In this document: in pieces, positions 45,163 to 54,282 of the stretch | Numbering within the stretch: the stretch's first letter is position 1 | How the letters are laid out: each line of letters begins with the position of its first letter | Virus record (IMG/VR): IMGVR_UViG_3300044837_000077 | Location: 3,314 to 67,313 of that record | DNA from: a virus | Direction: 5' to 3' (one strand) | Length of the DNA: 64,000 bases | Notes under the pieces: model-generated | The model's input: the letters and a program-made list of their open reading frames with translations, nothing else | What the model was told of the DNA's origin: nothing | Database searches by the model: none | Translations under genes and position numbers: made by a program

Positions 45163-45640
45163 CTGGGTGTCTCCTATCCCGATAGTCGCGTCCATACTTT
45201 ATGCTCCGCGCACGTCGTTCTTCCTTTTTAGCCTCGCTGCGTCTCGGCATTGGTACCCCGAAATGGAGATGCAGCAACGTGGCGCTGGAGACCTTGAGGC
45301 GCTCCATCCAGACCTTCATCGGCGCAGTCTCGCCGTCGATGGTTATAAGTCGTGTCCGTCGCGTGTTGCACGCCTGTTCTTGCTTCGTGGCCCAGCGGCA
45401 ATTGGACGGCTCATAATTGCCGTTGTTATTGATCCTCTCAAGTGTATGCGCTGGCGTAGGCTTCGGCCCCATATCAGCCACGAAGGTGGCAAAGCTCGCC
45501 CAGCGTTCGCACACCTTGATACCTCTGGCACCATACCGAAAATAGCTTTCATCTCTAGGATTGTTGCAGCGATCTCGCATGCTGCACCATGTGGAGTAAA
45601 GAGGCTTGCCGCGGTTCTTGTTCGGGTAAGAGCGCTTCAT
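45155..45640 (-). CDS. HNH-type endonuclease
   Basis: W.SM..RC.NP, YGARGIKVCERW, LERINNNGNYEPSNCRWAT. Confidence 0.85.
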   Translation of the reverse strand: MKRSYPNKNRGKPLYSTWCSMRDRCNNPRDESYFRYGARGIKVCERWASFATFVADMGPKPTPAHTLERINNNGNYEPSNCRWATKQEQACNTRRTRLITIDGETAPMKVWMERLKVSSATLLHLHFGVPMPRRSEAKKEERRARSIKYGRDYRDRRHPDE

Positions 45641-45795
45641 TTGCGCGTCTCTCGCCATGCCGCTAGATCGTCCACCGGCGCCCACAGATGGCCATTCGGC
45701 GAATAGCAGATCGGCGTCGAAAGCTCCCCCTGAGTTTCCTTCAATTCGTCGGCTTCCGCCTCGTCCGTAACCTCCGTCCATTTTTCCTTGACCAT
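45637..45795 (-). CDS. 52-aa acidic protein (not in ORF track)
   Basis: MVKEKWTEVTDEAEADELKETQGELSTPICYSPNGHLWAPVDDLAAWRETRK*; AAGGGG RBS; ATGA-coupled to HNH. Confidence 0.55.
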   Translation of the reverse strand: MVKEKWTEVTDEAEADELKETQGELSTPICYSPNGHLWAPVDDLAAWRETRK

Positions 45796-45929
45796 TGAAA
45801 TCCCCTTGTTTCAAAGAGGATTCCAATATTAATGACGAATCAGCTCCGAAAATTCCAGAGGTGAAGCATGGCGCAAATTGCGCCGATTTATCAAAGACTT
45901 GCGAGGCAACTATTTGCATTTTTTCTGCA

Positions 45930-46337
45930 TCACTTGAAAAACGAAGCATGGAATTCACTAGACTTTCCTCCCTCACTCGGTTCTGTCACGCCGACGCAAG
46001 CTAGAACGCGACGGTATTTCTCTGGCGTGTCGTGGCCGTCCCACGTCCCTTCGTATGCCGGTAACTTGCTGAACAGCCATGCTTGCGAATCATGGTAATG
46101 CCAAGACACCTGGCCTGTTGGCAGGTCGATGTACACGCACCCGTGCCAATCTGTCGACCAGCCTTCAATGGCCGTCCTAGCGGTTCCTGTGCGGTATCCC
46201 AACTCCAAAGCCGTGCGCGCCATGAACGCAACGCACTTATTGCGCTCAAGATATGCGCCGTCCTTTTCCTTTTTCATCACCAGCCACGCATCTAGCGCGA
46301 TGCCGGCGGCCGGATTGATTTCCCTGATATCGCTCAC
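45930..46337 (-). CDS. WDGH-motif phage protein
   Basis: YLERN, IDLPTGQVSWHY, WDGH. Confidence 0.75.
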   Translation of the reverse strand: MSDIREINPAAGIALDAWLVMKKEKDGAYLERNKCVAFMARTALELGYRTGTARTAIEGWSTDWHGCVYIDLPTGQVSWHYHDSQAWLFSKLPAYEGTWDGHDTPEKYRRVLACVGVTEPSEGGKSSEFHASFFK

Positions 46338-46353
46338 TTGGCTGCTCCCCCGG

Positions 46354-46521
46354 TCAACGATGGACGCATGTGGCATATGCCTTCGCCATTTGGTTATTGG
46401 ACACGCTTTGTTGCCAGAGCAGTGCGGCCTTTACGCAATCGTCTTGGCTGGCGAACCCGTCGATATGTTCGAGCCGCGCTGATTCGCCGGCATAGAGCAA
46501 GGTCAAAAGTAGAATCCACAT
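46354..46521 (-). CDS. 55-aa signal-peptide-like protein (not in ORF track)
   Basis: MWILLLTLLYAG...F.SQDDC..A...ATC; TAATG coupling. Confidence 0.55.
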   Translation of the reverse strand: MWILLLTLLYAGESARLEHIDGFASQDDCVKAALLWQQSVSNNQMAKAYATCVHR

Positions 46522-46907
46522 TACTTCTCTCCCCGGTCAGACTGAAACGTATCGGCCAGACGTTGGGCCTCGGCATCCGAAGCCTCGGCGTAATGCTCAT
46601 GACCGAGTACTTGTTCGCCATCGGACGGATTCACCATGTCATAGGTCGCGAGAAAGATAGTTCGCTTGCACGGGTACAATTCGCCCTTCACCCCGCAGAT
46701 TACCCAGTCATCTTGGGTCGCGTACATGGTGCCTTCCATCGTTCTGATGGCGATGCTCTCGGCGTTGAAGACCACGCCACCGGCATCGTAAGCGTCCTTG
46801 ACCTGGTCCGGCAGACTGCTCCAGACGGTCTTGGCGTATTGCAGGAGCCGTTTCATCGGCCAAGCGTCAATCACTACCGGCTTCTTGCGGAATTTAGCCA
46901 CCTTCAT
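46521..46907 (-). CDS. PGDYG-like phage protein
   Basis: FRKKPVVIDA, I.TMEG.M.A..DDW.I.GVKGE.YPCK..IF..TY. Confidence 0.85.
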   Translation of the reverse strand: MKVAKFRKKPVVIDAWPMKRLLQYAKTVWSSLPDQVKDAYDAGGVVFNAESIAIRTMEGTMYATQDDWVICGVKGELYPCKRTIFLATYDMVNPSDGEQVLGHEHYAEASDAEAQRLADTFQSDRGEK

Positions 46908-47469
46908 CTCCCGTGAAGTCTGGTCGCTGGCCGACCTTCTGCGCTGGAATCCAGAGCAAGTGCTCAGGCCATCCCGCGCGACGCCGAAGGCTCGCACGTT
47001 GGCATGCCTTACAGGCTCGCCATGTTCCAGACAGACCTTTGAAGTTGCGCCCATGCTCGGCGTAGGGATGCCCACGCTTGCAATGCGTATGATGGCTCGG
47101 ATGGAACTGCTGCTTGCCGCGGGCTATGCAATCGGCAATGTTCTCTTTCTGTGTGCCGCTCAGTAGATGGTCGGGATTGCAGCAGCACTGGTTATCGCAC
47201 GTGTGCCGAATCACGTGACCTTCCGGGATCGGCCCTTTGGCCAAATGGAAGGCGAGCCGGTTGGTCCGCCAGTTTTTGCACCGATAGCTCATGGTGCCGT
47301 AGCCACTGCCACCCTTCCACGCGCGGGACTGATGGCGGAACCCTCGGAACTCCCAGCAGCCAGCCTCGGTGATGTTGCACCGGAACTTGAGCTTTGCCAG
47401 GTAGTCGGCATCGGTCCACAGGGAGTTATGCCGCGGGCGCAAGATCGGCTCTTTCGGTGGCTGCCTCAT
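46894..47469 (-). CDS. HNH endonuclease with C-terminal Zn module
   Basis: GCW, GYG, RHTCDN..CCNPDHL..GTQKEN, THCKRGH, C..C. Confidence 0.88.
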   Translation of the reverse strand: MRQPPKEPILRPRHNSLWTDADYLAKLKFRCNITEAGCWEFRGFRHQSRAWKGGSGYGTMSYRCKNWRTNRLAFHLAKGPIPEGHVIRHTCDNQCCCNPDHLLSGTQKENIADCIARGKQQFHPSHHTHCKRGHPYAEHGRNFKGLSGTWRACKACQRASLRRRAGWPEHLLWIPAQKVGQRPDFTGDEGG

Positions 47470-47678
47470 TTACCATGCTCCGAAAACGTTTCCGATTGAG
47501 ATGCGAGAGCTAATTCCGCCTCGCGCATAACTTTAGGCCACGCGTAATCCTTGGCCGTCCCAAAGCCTGCTTGGAGGCACTCGTGATGCAAGCCCCGCAG
47601 CGCCGCCTCCAACGCCTCGATGCGGGCTTCGAGTTCTGCCACTCTGCCAATGGCGTAATCCAGTTGAGCCTTGTTCAC
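47466..47678 (-). CDS. Hypothetical coiled-coil protein
   Basis: GAGG RBS; ELEARIEALEAALR. Confidence 0.55.
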   Translation of the reverse strand: MNKAQLDYAIGRVAELEARIEALEAALRGLHHECLQAGFGTAKDYAWPKVMREAELALASQSETFSEHGK

Positions 47679-47709
47679 TTGCCAACCTCTCTTTGCAAAG
47701 AAGAGCACA

Positions 47710-48807
47710 TCACGCCGCCGCCTCGTTTTCTTCGGGCGGCTCAAGCGTCGTCTCGAAATCTTTGTCGGTCGGCAGCGCATCAAGCGGCCACGTATGGACG
47801 TGCTTAATGGGGTAGTACTTCGTGTCGATACCCTTGTACTCGCGCTGCGGCAGGTCAGAGAAGCGCTCACCGGGCGGCACGGGATCATGGTTGAAGCCTC
47901 GATAGGCCTCGAATGTGTTCTTGTCTAAGTCGATCACGTAGGCCCATTCGCACGACAGAGAGTCGGCGGCAAAGTCCGAATGATCCATCAGATTGATAGG
48001 CCCCTCAGACTGCTGCACCAGATTGAGAATTTCCGCGCCGTGGTCCCGCGTGAGCAGCGGAAATGCCTCGCGGAACTTGTTGGCCACCACATCGCCCACC
48101 CAGTCTGACTTGCCGTCATGGCCGGCCGCTTTGTAGCCCGCTTCGATTTCCTCTCGCGTCAGCCAATGGACCGCGCGCAGGCGTTCGAGGAACACCGGCC
48201 GGTACATCTTGTCACGAGCGAACGTCAGCGCTGTGCGGCCCTGGCCGCTCGGATAACCGTCCCATTGACCGTATTGCGCAATGGCCGGTTTGCCGTCGAG
48301 AATCACCATCGTCAAATTCCGCGTTCCCATCGAAATCTCCTTGTTTTGTAGTGCTTTCAAGCCTTTGCAAGAGGTAGACGGTCCGATTAACTGCCGCGCA
48401 CGCTTGCGGATATCGCAATACGCGCGGGCAAGATCGGCGCGGCGATCGTAATCACTGATCTGATAGTCCATGAATTCCTGGAGCAGGGCGACGATGGCGC
48501 TATAGTCCTTCAGCCCGCGTGCATAGCCCTTTTCTTCCTCACGTCGCAGCGCTACGGCGTGCTCGGCTTCCAGTTTATGGAATTGGCGGTGCAGGTCGGT
48601 ATCTTCCTCGCGGTAGCGGCGCAATTGCCCTTCCATGTCCCGGAGGCGACGCGCGCTTATCTGACACTTGGGCTCGTCGTGAATGCTGGCGCCGAAGTGC
48701 CGCCGCGCGTCCTGGTGCCCAGCCATGGTGCCGGGGAACGTTTCGCCGCAATGAAAGCAGGTCCAGCCGTGTTCTGGCGTTGGATAGGTGTCGGGCTGTG
48801 CGCTCAT
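47710..48807 (-). CDS. In-frame pair: Zn-finger coiled-coil protein (48331-48807) plus conserved MGTR...YGQWDGYP protein (own start 48330)
   Basis: WTCFHCGE...H; internal AAGGAG RBS before MGTRNLT; WDGYP and EWAYVIDLD motifs. Confidence 0.7.
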   Translation of the reverse strand: MSAQPDTYPTPEHGWTCFHCGETFPGTMAGHQDARRHFGASIHDEPKCQISARRLRDMEGQLRRYREEDTDLHRQFHKLEAEHAVALRREEEKGYARGLKDYSAIVALLQEFMDYQISDYDRRADLARAYCDIRKRARQLIGPSTSCKGLKALQNKEISMGTRNLTMVILDGKPAIAQYGQWDGYPSGQGRTALTFARDKMYRPVFLERLRAVHWLTREEIEAGYKAAGHDGKSDWVGDVVANKFREAFPLLTRDHGAEILNLVQQSEGPINLMDHSDFAADSLSCEWAYVIDLDKNTFEAYRGFNHDPVPPGERFSDLPQREYKGIDTKYYPIKHVHTWPLDALPTDKDFETTLEPPEENEAAA

Positions 48808-48834
48808 TCGGCTATACCTCTTTTCCCGACTGCG

Positions 48835-49884
48835 TCACGACTCGAATACCGGCGCGTAATCTTGCGGTCGTTTGAACGCGAGCGCCCCATCGGGCATGCG
48901 CCAGGTGGAAGCGACGGCCGCCAAGCAATCGCGCGAAGCTGCGCCGCCGTAGGCGTTCGGGTCCACGCGCAGTTGATATCGTTTCGTAGACCCATCGGGT
49001 TCTGGTGTCGAATTCAGCAGATCGATGATGACGATGGCCTCATCGCCCAGGACCTCTTTGCGCAGCAAGCGCGCGGTGCGAAGTCCCACGATGTAATGAT
49101 TCTCGGGCAACTCCTGCACCACGGTGGCGCCAGAATCGCTCATATAGCGCTTCGGGCCGTACAGGTCGATCATCACGCGGCGGATTTCGGAATTCGATTC
49201 CGCTTCAATGCGCGCAACCGTGATCGAGGCGCGATCCTCAATGATGTCTGCGGGCACTTGCACGCCATGCACGGCGTGGATTGCCCAGCCATCACGATAC
49301 TTTAAAGCGGCTTCCGTAGTGCTGTGCAGCCGGCCTTGTTCGTCACGATGCATCGTCTCTGGGCGATCGGAGATCGCCGCTACCTCCGGCGCGTACCACA
49401 CCCAGGAAGCGGATTGGGCTGCTAATTCATCGTTCGCGTAAGGGGCGAGCGAATCATCTTCCCATCCGCAGACGTCACGAAAAAATGAGACATATGCGTA
49501 CCAGGAAGCCCAGAGATTGCCGCCGCGATAATCAGTCCAGCGCGACCCCACCTGCGACACCACCTGCGACCCCACCTGCGACCCCACCTGCGACCCCACC
49601 TGCGACTCCACCTGCGACCGCACCTGCGACCCCACCTGCGACAAAATTTCGCGAAGATAGGCTTCCGCGAGAAAGCCGCCCATCACGGCGCCGTAGGGCG
49701 ATGACATGTGGAGCACCACTTTCGGGGGTGCTAATTTCGTCACCGCATAGATATTGCGCACCGCCTGATCGGCGGTGTCGAAATCCGCAGGCTCAGTGGA
49801 TAGACCGATCCGAGTCCATTTCTCGACCCATTCGGGGATACGCGCGATTTGCGCCGGCGTGAGCGATGTGATCTTGGCGGCCAT
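48835..49884 (-). CDS. DUF6745-like protein with SQVx repeats
   Basis: SDRP...RD..GRLH, YRDGW...A.HGV.VP, E.N.E.RR.MI, NSTPEPDG. Confidence 0.75.
   Translation of the reverse strand: MAAKITSLTPAQIARIPEWVEKWTRIGLSTEPADFDTADQAVRNIYAVTKLAPPKVVLHMSSPYGAVMGGFLAEAYLREILSQVGSQVRSQVESQVGSQVGSQVGSQVVSQVGSRWTDYRGGNLWASWYAYVSFFRDVCGWEDDSLAPYANDELAAQSASWVWYAPEVAAISDRPETMHRDEQGRLHSTTEAALKYRDGWAIHAVHGVQVPADIIEDRASITVARIEAESNSEIRRVMIDLYGPKRYMSDSGATVVQELPENHYIVGLRTARLLRKEVLGDEAIVIIDLLNSTPEPDGSTKRYQLRVDPNAYGGAASRDCLAAVASTWRMPDGALAFKRPQDYAPVFES
49543..49642 (-). repeat. 12-bp tandem repeat, 8 copies (TCGCAGGTGNNG)
   Basis: Encodes SQVG SQVR SQVE SQVG SQVG SQVG SQVV SQVG. Confidence 0.9.
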
Positions 49885-49885
49885 T

Positions 49886-50212
49886 TCAGTCAGCCACGCG
49901 CACGAGTTCTTTCGGGGTGTACTCCACCTGCTGCGGGATGAGCCACTTCCCCGCCGGCACCCGCGCGGTGGAATGCTCTTCGTGCAAAAGGTCGGCCGGC
50001 ACCGAGACATCGAGATAGCGCGCTCCGCCGTGGGCCACGTAGAGCTTGATGCTCTGGGTTTGGTCTAAGAACTCGAAGCGGTGTTTGTGGCCGGTCACTT
50101 CCCCGTAAGCGAGAATGACTTCATTTTTAGACTCTTGTGCCACCGCATCACATGGAATCTTATCGATCGGAATCAGTAAAACATCGCCTTGCCGTATGGG
50201 AGATTTCTTCAT
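49886..50212 (-). CDS. RQGDV/HEEH protein (usual DUF6745 partner), in frame with upstream HNH
   Basis: RQGDVL, LAYGEVTGH.H, HEEH, Q.EY; own GAGG RBS. Confidence 0.75.
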   Translation of the reverse strand: MKKSPIRQGDVLLIPIDKIPCDAVAQESKNEVILAYGEVTGHKHRFEFLDQTQSIKLYVAHGGARYLDVSVPADLLHEEHSTARVPAGKWLIPQQVEYTPKELVRVAD

Positions 50213-50779
50213 GTCAATACCCTCAAAGCGCCATTGAAAACCGCCATGCCGTTTACGCTTCCCTAGGCAGCATGCGGATATATGTCGAAAACCGAGACCA
50301 GTGATTCTCGCGGCATCTGAGACGCCAGCAAAATACTTGCGGGTACCGTCGGAGGCTATTTGTACAACCGGCTTAGAATGCGGATTGTCAGCACCGAATT
50401 TTCCGAGCCATGGCTTAATGATCGCGTGCTTCACGCCGAGTACTCGGAATGCGTGTGTGACGTTCAGCGGGTCATTCGTCCATTCCAGATTCGCGGCTGT
50501 ATTATTGGCCTTAACACCGTCTTGGTGGTTTACGTCGGTTTTATCCTGGGGTGGCTCGCCATTGAACGCTCGACACACGAGCCGATGGAGTAACGCGTTA
50601 ACGTTCGTGCCGTCTCCGCGATACAAAACTACCGAAAAATAGCCGCCGGTATCTTCTCGCGCGGTGAGTATTCTCTCTCGATATACATAACGGCGCGGCA
50701 AACTCTTGACGCGTCCGAGATTGGATATTTCGTACATTCCTTCAAAACCAGGAATGGGTTTCCACCTCTCAATTCCCAT
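50213..50779 (-). CDS. NUMOD4-HNH-NUMOD1 homing endonuclease lacking its own stop codon
   Basis: WKPIPGFEG.YEISNLGRVKS, HRLV..AF, VNH.DG.K.NN...NLEW, SKPVVQ, ISACC.G...HGGF.W. Confidence 0.85.
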
Positions 50780-50812
50780 ATCGATATCTCCTGTTTGAAA
50801 TTCATTCATACG

Positions 50813-51010
50813 TCACAAACTTTTCCCTTCGGCGTCGCGCGGCTTGCGATGCCGGTCAGCGTTAGGACATGTCGCAAAATGCGAGATGTGCACGCCGGGC
50901 TTGAACACCTTATCGTCGGGCACGACGGTATCCGCATTCACCGGCATGAGGTGGCCGCGCTCCGTGCGCAGCCACACGATCTCGGCGTTGCAGCTGCTGC
51001 AAGTTGTCAC
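50813..51010 (-). CDS. Small Zn-binding protein
   Basis: C.SC.A.I.W..T..G..MPV, SHFATCP. Confidence 0.75.
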   Translation of the reverse strand: MTTCSSCNAEIVWLRTERGHLMPVNADTVVPDDKVFKPGVHISHFATCPNADRHRKPRDAEGKSL

Positions 51011-51216
51011 GCGAGAACCTCGCGCAGATCAGCGCATTCGGAACACGGCTCGACGCGCGCCGGCACGCTGTGGTCAGCATCGATCATCGTCACGCAACCG
51101 GCCCCGTCGCAGCCCAAGCATTCCTTGGCGATCGACAGCAGTTTGTCGCGGTAGCGCAGATTCGCGGCGACCAGAGACGCGTACTCGTCGGCGTCGACTT
51201 CTAGGCGGGCGGTCAC
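51007..51216 (-). CDS. Small CxxCxGxG protein
   Basis: CLGCDGAG...CSECADLR; resembles 42990-43295 C-terminus. Confidence 0.55.
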   Translation of the reverse strand: MTARLEVDADEYASLVAANLRYRDKLLSIAKECLGCDGAGCVTMIDADHSVPARVEPCSECADLREVLA

Positions 51217-52328
51217 GGCGTCGTTTGCTCGTCGATCCAGGTCTGAGCATCTGCATAAAGATTCGAGGGCAATTCCTCAATCCGGCCGATCTCATAATTG
51301 GCGAGGAACAGCGACGCGTCGACGCCTTCCTCGTTGAGTTTGTCGCGAAGTACCGTCGCCTGATCCATGCTCACCATGAGCGATGGCGCGAGGCGCTGCT
51401 GCGCGGCGTCTGATGCCTCTTTGAGCCGCTGCTTGTCAGCGCTGGGTAGCTTCTTCCATAGCGCGCCCCTGCGCTGCTCGAGCGCTGGCAGGTCATTCGA
51501 GCCACCGCATTTCGCATAGTCCGCGACAAGCGCATCGACATCCGGGTTACCCTTGACCCCGCCGGCCGCCCAAGTCGCAAGTTTCTCGCCGACCGCTTCG
51601 TCCAATTGCTGACCGCCTTGAGAATTGAACATCTCTCGAAACTGCGTGGGCAGCTTCATGACGGCGCGCTCGGATTCGAGGTCGGACTGCCACGTGGGAC
51701 GCCCTTCCGATCCGGGGAGCAAAAGCGCCTGCAGAACCATCTCGTACATAAACTCGTCCCCGCAAATCGGCTGCCAACCGAGCGGCTTGGGTTCCTTGCC
51801 CGCCACGATCTTGATTTTCTCCTTGGCTCGGAACGTCAGGATCAGGTTGACGTTGAGCTGCAACACCTCATTGATGAGCCGCCGGCGCGCCTGCTTAGGC
51901 GGATTCCACGCGGCCATCTGTGCCTTGTCCTTCGAACACTTCCACAGCGCGGCGAGCCGCTCGGTCTCGCGCTCGTGCCATTCGAGCACGCCGCCGGGGC
52001 CTTCGTGCTCGTGTGACATGGAATCGATGAGGATCGTTTTGGACCCGCGACGGGCGCAAAAGCGGATTGCTTCGAGATAATCATCCGGCGAGAATGGCGC
52101 GCCGAAGCGCATATGATTGAACTTGAACGTATCCGCGTAGTAGAGCGCCCTGCCGTTCTCCGTATCGATCACATCGATATTTCCGCCGACAACGCGCTGG
52201 ATGCCCGTCGCGATGCGCAGCGCCGAGAACGTCTTACCGCTGGATGATGGTCCGACCAGGCCGATCAATAGCCCGACGGTCTTGCGCACTGCCGGTGCGA
52301 TTTCAAATTGTCGTGGTTGCGCGCTCAT
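51213..52328 (-). CDS. AAA-family (Sak4-like) recombination ATPase
   Basis: Walker A GPSSSGKT, IDTE, IDSMSHE..G.GG; next to exonuclease. Confidence 0.82.
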   Translation of the reverse strand: MSAQPRQFEIAPAVRKTVGLLIGLVGPSSSGKTFSALRIATGIQRVVGGNIDVIDTENGRALYYADTFKFNHMRFGAPFSPDDYLEAIRFCARRGSKTILIDSMSHEHEGPGGVLEWHERETERLAALWKCSKDKAQMAAWNPPKQARRRLINEVLQLNVNLILTFRAKEKIKIVAGKEPKPLGWQPICGDEFMYEMVLQALLLPGSEGRPTWQSDLESERAVMKLPTQFREMFNSQGGQQLDEAVGEKLATWAAGGVKGNPDVDALVADYAKCGGSNDLPALEQRRGALWKKLPSADKQRLKEASDAAQQRLAPSLMVSMDQATVLRDKLNEEGVDASLFLANYEIGRIEELPSNLYADAQTWIDEQTTP

Positions 52329-53188
52329 GCTGCTTCGTCTCCTAGTTCTTGGTTGATCACGTATTGCGGCGGCATCAGTGTGATTGCGCCGTCGGCGTAT
52401 CCCGGCCACGGGAAACTACCTTCCGTTAAAAGCTTGTCCCAGAGCGCGAGCGCGCGATTCCAGCGACGCTGGCCGATCTCCTGGTGATACCCGTCGAGTC
52501 GGGCGGCGACGACTTCGTAGGGCGGCTCGGTCTCGCAAAAGAGAAAAACGAAATCGCTGCGACCCAACGATTCGGGCACGAGCTGCTCATAAGCGCGGGT
52601 GTAGGCTACTTTCTGGATGTCATACCCGTATTCGACGATGCAGCGGGCGATGTCTTTCGGATTCGCCGATCGAACCTTTTTGATGTCATAAATGACGTGA
52701 TCACTGCGGACCTGGTCCATGCGGCAGCGACAGAGAACCTCCCTGTCTCGCTTCCACTGATCGGCGTAGTCGACGAACTCAATCGCTAGTTCCGAACGGC
52801 CGCCGAACGGAAAGCCCTGATCAGCGGCGTTTTTGTAGATGCGCTCGGCGGCCTTTTTCAGTTTTTCGAAATTGTGCGCGAGGATCGGGATCTTGCCGCC
52901 AGCAACGATCACATCGCGCGATTCCTTTGCCGCCTTCGTGCGCCAGTCATCCGCGACGACCATCTCGAAGTCAGCGCCAGCACCGAGCAATAACTTATGC
53001 AGGATCGCGCCTTCATCCATGGCCCGCGTGCTGGCGCGCTGCTGGCCGCCCAAGCGCGGATGTTCGAGCCATGCGTGGCGCGGCGATTGGGTGATCAGTG
53101 TGTGAGCGATCGATTGTGAGAGCGAGGGCGTGACGCAGGGGTCTGCGTGGTACGCGGCCTCGGTGACTTCGAGAATTCTTGCGCCCAT
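52325..53188 (-). CDS. PD-(D/E)xK exonuclease (RecE/ExoVIII-like, DUF3799)
   Basis: YH.DP...SLS.S, G...H.LLL, RCRMD, DIK, Y.IQ..AY, F.F.F.E..PPY. Confidence 0.85.
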   Translation of the reverse strand: MGARILEVTEAAYHADPCVTPSLSQSIAHTLITQSPRHAWLEHPRLGGQQRASTRAMDEGAILHKLLLGAGADFEMVVADDWRTKAAKESRDVIVAGGKIPILAHNFEKLKKAAERIYKNAADQGFPFGGRSELAIEFVDYADQWKRDREVLCRCRMDQVRSDHVIYDIKKVRSANPKDIARCIVEYGYDIQKVAYTRAYEQLVPESLGRSDFVFLFCETEPPYEVVAARLDGYHQEIGQRRWNRALALWDKLLTEGSFPWPGYADGAITLMPPQYVINQELGDEAA

Positions 53189-53202
53189 CGGATTCCTTGG
53201 GG

Positions 53203-53394
53203 TTATTCGGCCTGCCGCCGATGAAAAGCAGAGAGTTCAAGCACGTTGTCCGGCAACCGCCGCTCCGCCGGCTTGATGACGAAGTGCCCCGGGATGATCG
53301 TGTTGCTCACGGCGAACCCGGTGTACTGCAGGGCGCGCGCGAGATCCTGAATGCTGACGGTATCGTCGAGAATTAGGGTGATGGGGATGCTCAT
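53203..53394 (-). CDS. Hypothetical protein
   Basis: ATGA-coupled ORF. Confidence 0.55.
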   Translation of the reverse strand: MSIPITLILDDTVSIQDLARALQYTGFAVSNTIIPGHFVIKPAERRLPDNVLELSAFHRRQAE

Positions 53395-53942
53395 GGCTTG
53401 GCGACCATCTCTTCGATAAAGAACGGCCCTCGAACACCAGCACTGAACGCTTCGGCGGTCGCCAGTGCCTCCGTTACTCTCGCTCGGGAATCGTTCCACT
53501 CGCGGGTTGATCGCAGCGAGCCGAGCGCTAACTGGTCGCCGCATCCGCAGGCATCAAACCCTTGCGTCGACTCGCCGACCTGGAAATCATCCTGGATATG
53601 GAATAACCGGCCTTTGTAGCCGACCAGGAATGTGCCGCCCTCTTCGACAGAATCCTTGGTGCGCGCGTAGCCTCCCGCTTTCATTCGACTTCTCACCGCA
53701 TCAATAAAGTCCGTCACCATGTACTCCATCACGTCGACGCCGCTGCGCGGGGCGGGCGGCGAAAATCCGAAGGCGAGCAATTGACCCATGCGGAATGACG
53801 ACGTAAAGCCCATCACGAAAGGATCGTTTCGGAATACTTTGCGATCAGCGCGCACCACGAGCGAGTACCGTCCATCTACTCCTGCGCTATCGCCGCCGAT
53901 GTAGACGTTCCCGTTCTTCACAATTCCGACGATGCAGGTCAT
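53391..53942 (-). CDS. Ntn-hydrolase, proteasome-beta/HslV-like
   Basis: Thr at position 2 (MTCIVG), GGDS, RKVF, GCG...ALGSL, V.GPF. Confidence 0.8.
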   Translation of the reverse strand: MTCIVGIVKNGNVYIGGDSAGVDGRYSLVVRADRKVFRNDPFVMGFTSSFRMGQLLAFGFSPPAPRSGVDVMEYMVTDFIDAVRSRMKAGGYARTKDSVEEGGTFLVGYKGRLFHIQDDFQVGESTQGFDACGCGDQLALGSLRSTREWNDSRARVTEALATAEAFSAGVRGPFFIEEMVAKP

Positions 53943-53952
53943 CGCAATATGC

Positions 53953-54282
53953 TCATGGCTGGCCCCGACGCACGTCCGGCAGCCGCAGCGGCCGGTGAAC
54001 GCCCTTCACGTCGCGCATCGTCTTCGGGATGCTGAACTGCCCGGTCCGTTGCGCCGGGTCCAACGCGCTTCGCTCGATGTATAGATCCTTCTTCGGGTAG
54101 AACGGGGCCATTCCCCGGTCCTCGTACTCGCGCTCGTTCTTGCGCCGTGTGCGTTGCTGCATCAGGTGATCGTAGATATCGAAGAATAGCGCCCACAGCA
54201 GCCAGCCGAGGAAGGCGGCGACGCTGATGCCGATGCAGCCGGCGAACCAGACAGCGAACACCAATTCCGTATGGGCGTTCAT
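53953..54282 (-). CDS. Membrane protein
   Basis: N-terminal TM. Confidence 0.55.
   Translation of the reverse strand: MNAHTELVFAVWFAGCIGISVAAFLGWLLWALFFDIYDHLMQQRTRRKNEREYEDRGMAPFYPKKDLYIERSALDPAQRTGQFSIPKTMRDVKGVHRPLRLPDVRRGQP

Noticed and set aside
45870-45884. Palindrome GGCGCAAATTGCGCC in an AT-rich gap
   Set aside because: Single occurrence with no supporting promoter or second copy found
49543-49642. CRISPR-like array
   Set aside because: 12-bp tandem coding repeat with no spacers and no cas genes
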